A stretch of 64,000 bases of DNA from a virus. Within the stretch, counting starts at the first letter, position 1. Every line of letters begins with the position of its first letter. Positions 52,150 to 60,771 of the stretch are shown piece by piece. The position numbers were made by a program, and so were the translations under genes. The DNA lies in the IMG/VR virus record IMGVR_UViG_3300046660_000403, positions 12,832-76,831 of that record; one strand, given 5' to 3'. The notes below the pieces were generated by a model. That model was not told the DNA's origin. It searched no databases and worked only from the letters and a program-made list of their open reading frames with translations.

Positions 52150-52774
52150 GCTTTGCTCTCACGCGGCGGATGACGGCCTCGACGCCGGTGTCTACGTCGT
52201 CTTCCTTCTTCTCGTCCAGTCCGAAGGCCTGGCGCTCCATGGCCACCAGATTGCGCAGCGCGTCGGCCAGCGTCTTCATGGTGCTGGCGCGGGAGCCCAG
52301 CGAAATGACCTTGTCGAACAGCTCCAGGCGCTTGGACATGCCCTTGTCGTCCGGGTCGTACAGCGCGGCGGCCAGCTGCTCCAGCAGATCGGGGTTGTCG
52401 GTCTGCTGCTCCAGTTCCTCCAAGAGCTTGAGGGACAGGGCGCGGCTGCGTTGAATGTCGCGCCGGTGGCTCAGGATGATGGTGGACTGGAGGGCCGCGT
52501 TGGCCTCCACAATGTCGCGCTCGCTGGCGGCGGCCTGCGCCGGATCGGCGACGGGGACCACCGATTGCGATACCAGCGACTCGGCTTTCGACCGGATCTT
52601 GCCGCCCAGGTCGCGGCTCACACCCAGTCGGGCGAAGCGCTTATCCATGGCCGCGCGTGACACGCCGTGCTCGGCGGCCATCTGGGCCTTGCTCTTGATG
52701 CCCGCGCGCCAGTCTTTCTCGATCAGTTCCCAGTCTTTGGGCTGACGTGGGGTTCCGGTGTCTTCGGTTGACAT
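52136..52774 (-). CDS. terS: Terminase small subunit
   Basis: DWELIEKDWRAG N-terminal HTH; MERQAFGLD; overlaps terL. Confidence 0.82.
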   Translation of the reverse strand: MSTEDTGTPRQPKDWELIEKDWRAGIKSKAQMAAEHGVSRAAMDKRFARLGVSRDLGGKIRSKAESLVSQSVVPVADPAQAAASERDIVEANAALQSTIILSHRRDIQRSRALSLKLLEELEQQTDNPDLLEQLAAALYDPDDKGMSKRLELFDKVISLGSRASTMKTLADALRNLVAMERQAFGLDEKKEDDVDTGVEAVIRRVRAKHGGD

Positions 52775-52846
52775 ATTGGCTCTCCCTGCATGGGCGTAGC
52801 CGGTGGCGGCCGCCATGCCTGCGCCTGACGGCGTATGGGGCGGCCG

Positions 52847-53164
52847 TCAGCCGGTGCTGCCGGGCAGCGTGTTTTTCAGTTGTTGAAGGACGGACAGCGA
52901 CAGGTCGCGCGCCGGAGCGGGCAGAGACGGGCCGCTAACCGGTGTGACCGCAGGTGGCGGGCTGGCTGTACGGCGCCCGAGTGGTGCGCCGCACTGGCCG
53001 CCGGTGGTGACGTACTCGCGGGCGAACTCGATGTCTTCGAAGTCTTCCGTCAATTGGCTCTCCGCCGCGCGCCAAGGCGCGACCGGATTGCGTGCCTGGT
53101 AGCACGTCGGCTGCTCGTCGTCGGTGTCCTGCCACACCTCTTCGATTGATGGCGTTGTAGGCAT
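52847..53164 (-). CDS. Hypothetical protein
   Basis: GGAG RBS; 105 aa. Confidence 0.55.
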   Translation of the reverse strand: MPTTPSIEEVWQDTDDEQPTCYQARNPVAPWRAAESQLTEDFEDIEFAREYVTTGGQCGAPLGRRTASPPPAVTPVSGPSLPAPARDLSLSVLQQLKNTLPGSTG

Positions 53165-53182
53165 CGGACTCCGGAAATAAGA

Positions 53183-53446
53183 AGGCCCCGTACGCATCGC
53201 TGCGCCGGGGCCAGTGCCCGAAAGATCGGGCACAACGGTGAATGGTTGATAGCGGCGCTGACTGGGCGCACTTGTGCGAGCGAGCGCATGTCCAGGGCGC
53301 CAGGCCCCTCGGCTCATCCGCGCTATCAGGTTTGGCGGCTGGCTGCCCTTCGGCTGACCAGACCATTGAAACGGCCAGTCGCCAAACCTGATAGTGCGGG
53401 TGAGTGGTAAGCGGCAGGCCTTCGCGGCCCGTCCAGATTTACCACC
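53183..53446. ncRNA. Densely structured non-coding tract including a 33-bp inverted repeat
   Basis: Arms 53313-53345 / 53372-53404 plus at least four flanking hairpins. Confidence 0.5.
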
Positions 53447-53466
53447 TGTGTAAAGTCGTTGATTTC

Positions 53467-54006
53467 TCAGCCTTTCGCTGGAAAGCGTTTTCGATAGGAA
53501 GCTAAATACGCACCCTGCGATTCGGACAGTTGCGTGGCATGGTCCAGCACCACCGGCTTGCCGCCGCCATGACTCACCAGGCGCTCGCCGATCCAGTTCG
53601 GCGGGACAAATTTGATGTCTGGGCGGCCCACGCGATGGGCGATCCGCTGCGAATAGCCCACTTCCACGTTTGGGCACACGAAGATCGCATCACGTGGCGC
53701 CTCCAAAATCTGCCGCGTAGTGCGCCCGGTGCCCCGTTCCTTTCGATCTGGTGGTGGCGTCCAGCCCATTTTGATCAAGGCTTCACGGATGCCTTGGTCT
53801 CCGGTGTCGATGATCCGGCGGCTCAGCAGCTCGATCGGGTTGCCCGGGCTATGAAATTCCAGGTCCGCCGCAATGAATTGCGCGTTGAATGAGGTCTTGT
53901 TCTTGTAGCCGAACAGCGAACCGTCGCTCAATTGGGGCTTGGCATGCTGGCTCATAACGTCGGCAAAGGCTGGTGCGCCCTGCCCGTGGCAGTAAGTTTT
54001 CTGCAT
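53467..54006 (-). CDS. Hypothetical protein with a degenerate P-loop domain
   Basis: RGTGRTT and VVLDHA. Confidence 0.6.
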   Translation of the reverse strand: MQKTYCHGQGAPAFADVMSQHAKPQLSDGSLFGYKNKTSFNAQFIAADLEFHSPGNPIELLSRRIIDTGDQGIREALIKMGWTPPPDRKERGTGRTTRQILEAPRDAIFVCPNVEVGYSQRIAHRVGRPDIKFVPPNWIGERLVSHGGGKPVVLDHATQLSESQGAYLASYRKRFPAKG

Positions 54007-54020
54007 GCTCGTACCTTGAA

Positions 54021-54094
54021 TGGAGCGGGTGAAGGGAATCGAACCCTCGTCGTAAGCTTGGAAGGCTTCTGCTCTACCATTGAGCTACACCCGC
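54021..54094 (-). tRNA. tRNA-Gly(TCC)
   Basis: Canonical cloverleaf, loop CTTCCAA, encoded CCA. Confidence 0.95.
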
Positions 54095-54107
54095 GTGGTG
54101 GGGTTGT

Positions 54108-54181
54108 TGGGGTGACCACCGGGGATCGAACCCGAGTCGGCAGCATCACAAGCCGCAGCTTTGCCACTAAGCTATAGCCAC
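54108..54181 (-). tRNA. tRNA-His(GTG)
   Basis: Cloverleaf, loop TTGTGAT, C73, CCA; no encoded G-1. Confidence 0.88.
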
Positions 54182-54263
54182 ACGGCTGGCGGCTGGCTGC
54201 TCCCTTGAGTACGGCCCGTGTGGCCCCCTGTCGGTATGCAACCGCCACCCGTGTGGTTATTAC

Positions 54264-54338
54264 TGGCCGCGAGGGCTGGATTCGAACCAGCGACCTCCGA
54301 ACATAGTCCGGCGCTCTACCAAACTGAGCTACCCAGCG
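54264..54338 (-). tRNA. tRNA-like gene with shortened anticodon arm (identity undetermined)
   Basis: Intact D and T arms and CCA; anticodon arm CCGGA-CTATG-TTCGG is 2 nt short. Confidence 0.7.
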
Positions 54339-54487
54339 GTGGGGTGATGCCCAGTCCTATCTGGAAAGTGGCATCGGGTTTTGTTGGGGCCCCGTGCTAT
54401 TTCAAGCCCCGGATTCGCTGCGCCCGCTTCCTTGCTAAGGCGCGCCATTCGCAAGAGACAGTTTTTCAGACTATCGAATTGAGGCGG

Positions 54488-54520
54488 ATTTTACGGGTGT
54501 TTGTGCGGGTTTAGCCATGA
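54488..54520 (-). promoter_or_regulatory. Probable late/tRNA operon promoter
   Basis: TAAAAT followed by a GC-rich discriminator; poor -35. Confidence 0.5.
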
Positions 54521-54640
54521 CTAAGTTGCGCGGGTTTTCCCGCACAGCCGCGCAGGCCGCATGGATGCTGGAAAGTTGGGCGCTCGGGCTTGTCATTCGG
54601 TATACTTTGCGCACCCCCAGATGTACCCGAAAGACAGTGT

Positions 54641-55858
54641 ATGACCGACCACACCGCACTGGCGCAAGACGGCGCCCTGGGGAGCGCTTGCGCGCTCGAA
54701 CTTTTGCCTAATTTGAAGCAGCTGATGGCTGATGCGAAGATCGCCTTGCCCATGCGCTGCGAGCCGCACAACAACCGCACGATCATCAGTGCCGATCGTA
54801 ATATGTATATCTTCGATGAAGGCCACCTTACCAGCGGGCAGGCCGCCTACATTCGCGCGCTGCTGGATGCTGCGCCGGCCCTGCTGGCTCAGGTTGAGCG
54901 CCAGGCCGTTCAGCTCGATATCGCCCGGGGCAGCATTGAGACCCTGGAAGCAGCGCTCCAGCAGTCGTCCGAGGTCGTCGCTTCGTTGTCTCCTTTGGCG
55001 GCACCGTGCGCAGCGCCGGATGAGCGGGTACCGATTACGCGCATCGATTTGCAAGACGGCTACTGGATCGAGTTTGCGCGCAAGACCAGCGGCGCGAGTG
55101 GATGGTTACTGCGCGACAAAGATGGTAGGTTGTTGAGCGCTCTAAGCGAAGATCGGGTCGAGTTGGTTGACTGCGCGTTGAGTGCAGCTCACGCCGCCTC
55201 AGACCAATCAAGCACCGTACCTGTCCCGACTAGCGTCGACATGGCCCAGATTATGGCGGTGCTCGGGCTGAACTATTTGAAGGAATACGCGCCTGAGCGG
55301 TTGAAGGCGCAGCCGGCAGAATCGCTAGGGGAGCAGGGAACGCCAGCGGCGAAGTGGCGCGCGACTGGTGAGGTTGACCCACATGACGACCGCTACAATT
55401 GCGAGCGGGCCGCACTCGCTATGGGAGACCTGACTGACGATGAACTAGCGAACGAGGCCTTCCTGAACTACGACGTTCGTCCGTCGATTGATGACCTACT
55501 GTCCGGCAAAGCCAAGATGCCAATCGTCTACATGACGGCTGTAAAGGATCGCATTCGTTGGCTGTCCCGTGCGTTAATTGCCGCAACCGCCCCGTCACCT
55601 TTACCCGCTGCCGCCGTTGCGGTGGGCAATGCGGATGCTTTACAGATGCTGGTAGAAGTAAATGACCTGTGCCGAAGCGCGCACGCAATCGCTGAACGTA
55701 TCGCCACTGAGTACAGCCCTATCGCACTCGGGACAACGTTCGGCTCATTCCAGAAGAAATTGCACGAAAGCCTGGCGCGGCAGCATGCATTCATTCTCGC
55801 GCATGGCGGCTATCCGGGTGCTGCCGTTGCCTCAGCACTGGAAGGACTGCAAGCATGA
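54641..55858 (+). CDS. Mosaic phage early protein (Ead/Ea22-like)
   Basis: AAYIRALLDAAPALLAQVER; TATACT at 54601. Confidence 0.7.
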   Translation: MTDHTALAQDGALGSACALELLPNLKQLMADAKIALPMRCEPHNNRTIISADRNMYIFDEGHLTSGQAAYIRALLDAAPALLAQVERQAVQLDIARGSIETLEAALQQSSEVVASLSPLAAPCAAPDERVPITRIDLQDGYWIEFARKTSGASGWLLRDKDGRLLSALSEDRVELVDCALSAAHAASDQSSTVPVPTSVDMAQIMAVLGLNYLKEYAPERLKAQPAESLGEQGTPAAKWRATGEVDPHDDRYNCERAALAMGDLTDDELANEAFLNYDVRPSIDDLLSGKAKMPIVYMTAVKDRIRWLSRALIAATAPSPLPAAAVAVGNADALQMLVEVNDLCRSAHAIAERIATEYSPIALGTTFGSFQKKLHESLARQHAFILAHGGYPGAAVASALEGLQA

Positions 55859-56892
55859 GCGAACACGAACGTGCCCTGCACGAGCAACTGCGCGCGCTGC
55901 GCAACGCCTATGAAAAGGACGCTGCGCCGTACATTAAACGACTGGTCGCGCTGCGGGCTGTAGAACCAGCCGCGCAATGGAGTGCAGACCCAGCACCTGC
56001 CGACGAGCGCACTGCGTTCGACGTTTGGGCGAGCAGCATGGCTGGGCAGTCGCTGGAGTTTGATGTGTGGCGCCAGTTGGCGTTTGCAGCTGGTGCACAG
56101 TGGGCTGCAGGCTGGCAGAAGCAATCCAGTGCGGTGGCGGCTACGGTATGCACGTGCCCTTCCGGCGATGGCTCATTGGGTTGGCCCTGCCCGGCCCGCC
56201 CGCCGGTGTCGAAGGGCGAAGACGCGGAGACACAGAAATTCAACGCTACGCGTCTGCGAAATGTGGTCGCACTCGTCGGGCTGGACAGCGCAGTTCCACA
56301 GGGCGACACGGAATTGCTGGGCTGCATGGGATCAGTCTTGGGCATGGTTGCCAGTGCGCTGAGAAAGCAGCAGGGCGAAGCCAGCGATGCCCGAGAACCT
56401 GCCGCCAACGTAGGGGTTCGCATCGATATGGAAGCTGTGGCCGAAGTCCGGCGCAAACTGGATGGGATGACGGTTTACGGTAAGGATGTCGCCAACGTAG
56501 CCGGTCTGTCGTGCCACCACATTGGTGAACCGAAGCCGATGCCTATGTATGCCGCCCTGTCGATTATGAAGCAAGGGCTGGAAGGTGCGCGACAATCTGC
56601 TGCGGACGCAGGCAATCAGGACGAAAAACCCTTCGGCTGCCCACCCAACCCGGCGGCGTCGAAGCCCAATGTCCCTGAACACAAAGACGGATACGGCTTT
56701 ATCTCTCCGGGAACCATGGCGGCGGACATAGTCTTTCGCCCGCAAGCGGACGGGACCGACGTACTGCGGCTGACCAGCTCGGGCTTCATCTACAAGGGCG
56801 TGGCCATCGCGGACGCTGGTGAGGCCTATGCCGCCTTGATGAAGGTCTTGGGTGGCTATTTTCCGACTTCCAAACCCGGAGCGCACGCATGA
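55855..56892 (+). CDS. Mosaic hypothetical protein
   Basis: ATGA coupling; CTCPSGDGSLGWPCPA module. Confidence 0.7.
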   Translation: MSEHERALHEQLRALRNAYEKDAAPYIKRLVALRAVEPAAQWSADPAPADERTAFDVWASSMAGQSLEFDVWRQLAFAAGAQWAAGWQKQSSAVAATVCTCPSGDGSLGWPCPARPPVSKGEDAETQKFNATRLRNVVALVGLDSAVPQGDTELLGCMGSVLGMVASALRKQQGEASDAREPAANVGVRIDMEAVAEVRRKLDGMTVYGKDVANVAGLSCHHIGEPKPMPMYAALSIMKQGLEGARQSAADAGNQDEKPFGCPPNPAASKPNVPEHKDGYGFISPGTMAADIVFRPQADGTDVLRLTSSGFIYKGVAIADAGEAYAALMKVLGGYFPTSKPGAHA

Positions 56893-57029
56893 GCAGCCAT
56901 CAGATCGAAATCAACCTGCGCGCCAAACTGGCCCAGCGCAATCACCCACGATACAGGGCGGCGATGCGCAACAGCATCCTCTTTACGATTCAATTCCTGC
57001 GCCGCGCGCGGATTGGCGGTGCCGCATGA
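56889..57029 (+). CDS. Small basic protein (46 aa)
   Basis: ATGA coupling at both ends. Confidence 0.6.
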   Translation: MSSHQIEINLRAKLAQRNHPRYRAAMRNSILFTIQFLRRARIGGAA

Positions 57030-57562
57030 GTACCTACAACAACGGCCCCGGCAATGTCCCGCGGCTGCCGAAATGGGTGGTGGACACGCTCATCAACTCC
57101 GCCGGCGTGAGCGACTTCCACCCGAACGGTAGCCAGCTCAACAAGTTGCACGCGCTGGCGCACGGCGTTGCCGAGGAACTGCTGGCGCGCTTGCCTGCGG
57201 AACAAGCAGCCCCATCGCGCGATGGGCGCCTGGACGACATGGCCGCACTGATCCGCCGGCTAGTCCTCGCACTGCGACGATCTGCGCCAGGCAACGCGCT
57301 GTCCGATCAAGCACTGGACTACTTGCACCGTAAAGGGCTGCAGGGTAGTCCACTCCGCCAAGCACGCGGCACTGATGATGATTCGTCAGACGCGGTAGAT
57401 CTGGCATCCCAGCCCGTATTGCTCCTGCTGGACCAGGCGCTTGATGCATTTGAAGCGGCGGCATGTAAGCAGACCTACGATATGCGCGCAGGCGTTGCGG
57501 CGGTGTTGGGACTGGCCGGCCTTCACCCAGTTCGGATGCAGAGCGATATGGAGTCAGCATGA
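57026..57562 (+). CDS. Hypothetical protein
   Basis: QALDYLHRKGLQGSPLR module. Confidence 0.7.
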   Translation: MSTYNNGPGNVPRLPKWVVDTLINSAGVSDFHPNGSQLNKLHALAHGVAEELLARLPAEQAAPSRDGRLDDMAALIRRLVLALRRSAPGNALSDQALDYLHRKGLQGSPLRQARGTDDDSSDAVDLASQPVLLLLDQALDAFEAAACKQTYDMRAGVAAVLGLAGLHPVRMQSDMESA

Positions 57563-57831
57563 GACCTAGTGTTCGAGCGCCCATCAGTATCAGCACGGCG
57601 GTGAGCGTCACCGCCAGCATCACCCTTACGGAAGGCCATCTGCGCGCCCTGAGTGCGATAGCGGGCTATGGCGCCGATGCCTTTCTGCGGGCCTTCTATG
57701 TGAAGTTGGGTACGCACTATGTGAAGCCGTTTGAGCGTGATCTGCGTGAATTGTTCGCCATGATCGACGGAACGGTGCCGCCCGCCTTGTCGGGCATACA
57801 GGCCGCACGAGACGCACTGGGGGTGAAATGA
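57559..57831 (+). CDS. Hypothetical protein
   Basis: LRALSAIAGYGADAFLRAFYVKLG. Confidence 0.72.
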   Translation: MRPSVRAPISISTAVSVTASITLTEGHLRALSAIAGYGADAFLRAFYVKLGTHYVKPFERDLRELFAMIDGTVPPALSGIQAARDALGVK

Positions 57832-58217
57832 CGATGCCCGCTGGAGTGATGAAGGTGAATCGCCAACTGGCCGAGCTGCTGGGCTGGCAAAACGTGGTCG
57901 ACGTCGGCGGCATGCTGCTGGGGCGTCCACCGGAGGGAGCGCCGGACAGCCGTGATCAGGCGCCGGTGCCGAACTGGGCTGGCAGCTGGGCCGAGGCTGG
58001 CCCGCTGGCGATGCGCCTGGGATTCAGGGTCGTGCCCGAATTGGAGTCGTCCTCGATCTGGATCCAATATGAGCGCTTCTACTACGACGAGCGCGACCCT
58101 ATCGACCAGACCGCGCCCTTCGCTATCGCGGTGATGGCCTGCCGCCAGCTCAAGCCGGCGCTCGATCCGTGGCGGCTATTTGATCGCGTCCGGGGCTTGC
58201 CGCCTCGCAGCCGGTAG
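57828..58217 (+). CDS. NinX-like protein
   Basis: NRQLAELLGW..PNWAGSWAEAGPL. Confidence 0.6.
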   Translation: MTMPAGVMKVNRQLAELLGWQNVVDVGGMLLGRPPEGAPDSRDQAPVPNWAGSWAEAGPLAMRLGFRVVPELESSSIWIQYERFYYDERDPIDQTAPFAIAVMACRQLKPALDPWRLFDRVRGLPPRSR

Positions 58218-58253
58218 ATCGGTCGCGCCTACCTTCACTCGAATTCGGGTATG

Positions 58254-58269
58254 CTGTATGTAAATACAG
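58254..58269. promoter_or_regulatory. LexA (SOS) box
   Basis: CTGTATGTAAATACAG. Confidence 0.88.
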
Positions 58270-58286
58270 TATTCATGAGGGTAGCG

Positions 58287-58907
58287 ATGCAGGGCGTAGC
58301 ACAGCGGCGGTATGAGGACGGCGGCAGGCCGGTTGTAAAGTGGCGGCTCGGCCTGACTGGGCGCACCGGCGTGGAAGGTGAGTTCAGCCTGGCATCCGAA
58401 TACCTGCCGGCAGCGCGCGATCACGCCATGATGGCCAGGATCCGATCCGCCGCCGGTGATGAGATCCTGCCGCCGCTGTACCAGGGCGCGGTGACGTACT
58501 GGAAGGACGATGAGGTCCACGTCTCCGGACTGGAGCATGACGCGGCGTTGAATAAATTTTCGGCCCAGAAGTGGGTGGTGGTGGTCCTGCCTCGTCGTGT
58601 TGTTGTCAGGCTCCGATATGATTATGGCCAGCCGCTTGCTAATAGGCGGGCTGATGCGGCTGGATCGGACGGGATAGAAGGCCGGTTCTCCCTGGTTGAA
58701 GAGTCTGCCAAGGAATTGAATGATCGCGTCTTGGTTGCGCGTCTGGTGACCGACAGCGGCATTATCGTGCCGCCCCTGCTGCGCGCCAGTGTCCGAATCA
58801 TCAAAGGTAACCTGCTGAGCGTGACAGGCTTGGAGCACAATGCGGCGCACAACCAGTACACGGCCCAGGCTTGGGCTGGTGAGATTACGGAGGCAATATG
58901 TGTGTGA
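58287..58907 (+). CDS. SOS-regulated protein with a tandem duplicated domain
   Basis: Two repeats of EG.FSL..(I/V)PPL..GLEH.AA.N....Q.W. Confidence 0.75.
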   Translation: MQGVAQRRYEDGGRPVVKWRLGLTGRTGVEGEFSLASEYLPAARDHAMMARIRSAAGDEILPPLYQGAVTYWKDDEVHVSGLEHDAALNKFSAQKWVVVVLPRRVVVRLRYDYGQPLANRRADAAGSDGIEGRFSLVEESAKELNDRVLVARLVTDSGIIVPPLLRASVRIIKGNLLSVTGLEHNAAHNQYTAQAWAGEITEAICV

Positions 58908-59530
58908 ACTATTCGCCAGTCCAGCGGAGTGAGCTGGAACTTTTCCGGGCAGTTCCGACTTTCGATGACGCTTGGCGCGACGATGTGTGGCAGGACTATC
59001 CGGCGCCGATCATCGTCGGTGGCCAACTGGGTGAGCGCCAGGTGATGCTGGCGACCTATGGCATGGTCCCGAAGCGCAAGATCCCCGAAGGCGTCAAGAA
59101 GTACACGACGATGAACGCACGCGCTGAGACCGTCGGGACGTTGCGCACCTACTCGAAGGCGTGGAAGGCTGCGCAACTCTGCCTAGTGCCTCTTCGGCGC
59201 TTCTACGAGCCCAATTGGGAGACCGGCAAGAACATATGGTGGGGAATTGGAATGGCCGACGATGCGCCATTCGCCGTGGCTGGTCTTTGGCGCTCGTGGG
59301 ATGAGCCGGACGGGACTGTTTCACACTCGTTCACCCAGCTGACCGTCAACGCGGATGACCACCCGCTGATGCAGCATTTCCACCGGCCCGGCGCCGAGAA
59401 GCGCTCGCTGGTGATCGTGGCGCCGGCCGACTATGATGACTGGCTGACGTGCAAAGACCCGGAACGCGCCCGGGCCTATCTGAATCTGTATCCTGCGCAC
59501 CTGATGAAGGGCGAGCCTCGGGCGACTTGA
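58898..59530 (+). CDS. SOS response-associated peptidase (SRAP/YedK/HMCES family)
   Basis: N-terminal MC, NARAET, FYEP, AGLW, H..M..FH..EKRS. Confidence 0.92.
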   Translation: MCVNYSPVQRSELELFRAVPTFDDAWRDDVWQDYPAPIIVGGQLGERQVMLATYGMVPKRKIPEGVKKYTTMNARAETVGTLRTYSKAWKAAQLCLVPLRRFYEPNWETGKNIWWGIGMADDAPFAVAGLWRSWDEPDGTVSHSFTQLTVNADDHPLMQHFHRPGAEKRSLVIVAPADYDDWLTCKDPERARAYLNLYPAHLMKGEPRAT

Positions 59531-59542
59531 TCTCGGCGCGAC

Positions 59543-59755
59543 CTACGCAACCAGTAGCTGGCCCGCCGGCACGATGCTGGCCAGCACGTCCTCGATTGAA
59601 CAGCCCGCATGGATTGCCATGCCGCGCGCCTCATCCGCCAGCGCCTCCGCTTCCTCGCTCTCATAGGTCCGGCCGTTGATGCGGTAGCCGCCTGGTTGAT
59701 GCCGCGTGCCCTCGATCAGTTCGATACGCACGCCGGCTTGAATGTCATTTGCCAT
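59543..59755 (-). CDS. Hypothetical protein
   Basis: Coupled within the operon. Confidence 0.6.
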   Translation of the reverse strand: MANDIQAGVRIELIEGTRHQPGGYRINGRTYESEEAEALADEARGMAIHAGCSIEDVLASIVPAGQLLVA

Positions 59756-59948
59756 CTTTTCCGCTCCTGTGTCGTTCGGCGCTCGCCGCCAGCGCCATAC
59801 GCACGCCTTCGCTCACGTTGTCTGGGTTCAAGCGCAGGGCCTCTTCGATGCTTGCCGCGTCCAGATAGAGCAGCTTGCGCTTGCCGCCATCCAGTTTGCG
59901 CGGCGCACCCACCGGATTGGCGGGTACGTCGGTTTTCTTTTTCGTCAT
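59745..59948 (-). CDS. Ribbon-helix-helix-like DNA-binding protein
   Basis: GAPRKL..KRKLLYLD..SIEEALRL..NVSEGVRMAL. Confidence 0.7.
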   Translation of the reverse strand: MTKKKTDVPANPVGAPRKLDGGKRKLLYLDAASIEEALRLNPDNVSEGVRMALAASAERHRSGKDGK

Positions 59949-60208
59949 GGTTGTTCGTCCAGTGGCCACTGCTTGATGATGCGGTCGCCAACGTACTGTA
60001 ATACGGGGTCGCCAGTCTCATGGTGGTACATCACACCGTCAAACTCGAAGGCCAGCGTGAAATAGTGAGTGTCCTCGCCTTGACTGTTATCCGACACCCG
60101 CATGGCATGCGTCGGATAGTTGGGAATGTTTTTCGCTGCGCAACTCGACAGCACGTCCTTTGGATAACCTTCGGCGTCTAGTGGTGCGGATTCGATGTGA
60201 TAACTCAT
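59945..60208 (-). CDS. Hypothetical protein
   Basis: AAGGA RBS. Confidence 0.7.
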   Translation of the reverse strand: MSYHIESAPLDAEGYPKDVLSSCAAKNIPNYPTHAMRVSDNSQGEDTHYFTLAFEFDGVMYHHETGDPVLQYVGDRIIKQWPLDEQP

Positions 60209-60229
60209 GCGTTTGTTTTCCTTTTTCGG

Positions 60230-60658
60230 TTAGGCAGGCATATGCTGCATTGGGGCAGACGGCTCGCTCACGCCCATCGCGGTCAGTACGAGATTGGCCT
60301 GCTCAATGGCGGCGCCAATTTCCTCGCGATATTGCCACAAGAGATCTGCATCGGTTTCGGCAGCGGCACGTTGCTGCAGCAGCGCCAGGTCGCGCATCAC
60401 CGTCAAGGCGTCCACAGCCGGGTGAAAGGTGTTGACCGCCCGGAGGATGAGCGCAGCGTTTGCACGGTCTTGCGGGTACTCAAGCTCGGCTGACTCGTCC
60501 CATACCGCGCTGTTGATCACGGCGACGGTCAGGCCGTGCTTGTCCACGATCACGGTGCTCTCGCCGTGGTCTACTTGGCAGGGCGCCAGGCGCAAGGGCA
60601 ATTCGGAGTGTGGTGCTTCGGGCTGGGGGGAAGTGCCGGCATTGAGAGCATTGTTCAT
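60230..60658 (-). CDS. Hypothetical phage protein
   Basis: ANAALILRAVN motif; AAGGA RBS. Confidence 0.72.
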   Translation of the reverse strand: MNNALNAGTSPQPEAPHSELPLRLAPCQVDHGESTVIVDKHGLTVAVINSAVWDESAELEYPQDRANAALILRAVNTFHPAVDALTVMRDLALLQQRAAAETDADLLWQYREEIGAAIEQANLVLTAMGVSEPSAPMQHMPA

Positions 60659-60702
60659 CTAGGTTCCTTGGTGAGGGGTGCACGACGTGCGCCGATGAAC
60701 GA

Positions 60703-60740
60703 ATTATATATATACCGAATTATTATGTATATACCTAATT
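60703..60740 (-). promoter_or_regulatory. Leftward promoter built from two tandem 19-bp repeats (operator)
   Basis: TATACA-17-TATAAT; ATTATATATATACCGAATT / ATTATGTATATACCTAATT. Confidence 0.7.
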
Positions 60741-60771
60741 GCCGTATTCTTGTGGAGTTGGCGAAATGACA

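Noticed and set aside
53313-53404. Protelomerase telRL site or retron msd
   Set aside because: Has a 26-nt loop rather than a continuous palindrome; no protelomerase or RT gene in the window.
54021-54338. tRNAs as a chromosomal integration boundary
   Set aside because: Phage genes continue on both sides and no duplicated tRNA 3' end is seen.
54264-54338. Amber suppressor tRNA (CUA present in the loop)
   Set aside because: CUA is not in a canonical 7-nt loop position, and the phage genes show no in-frame TAG recoding.
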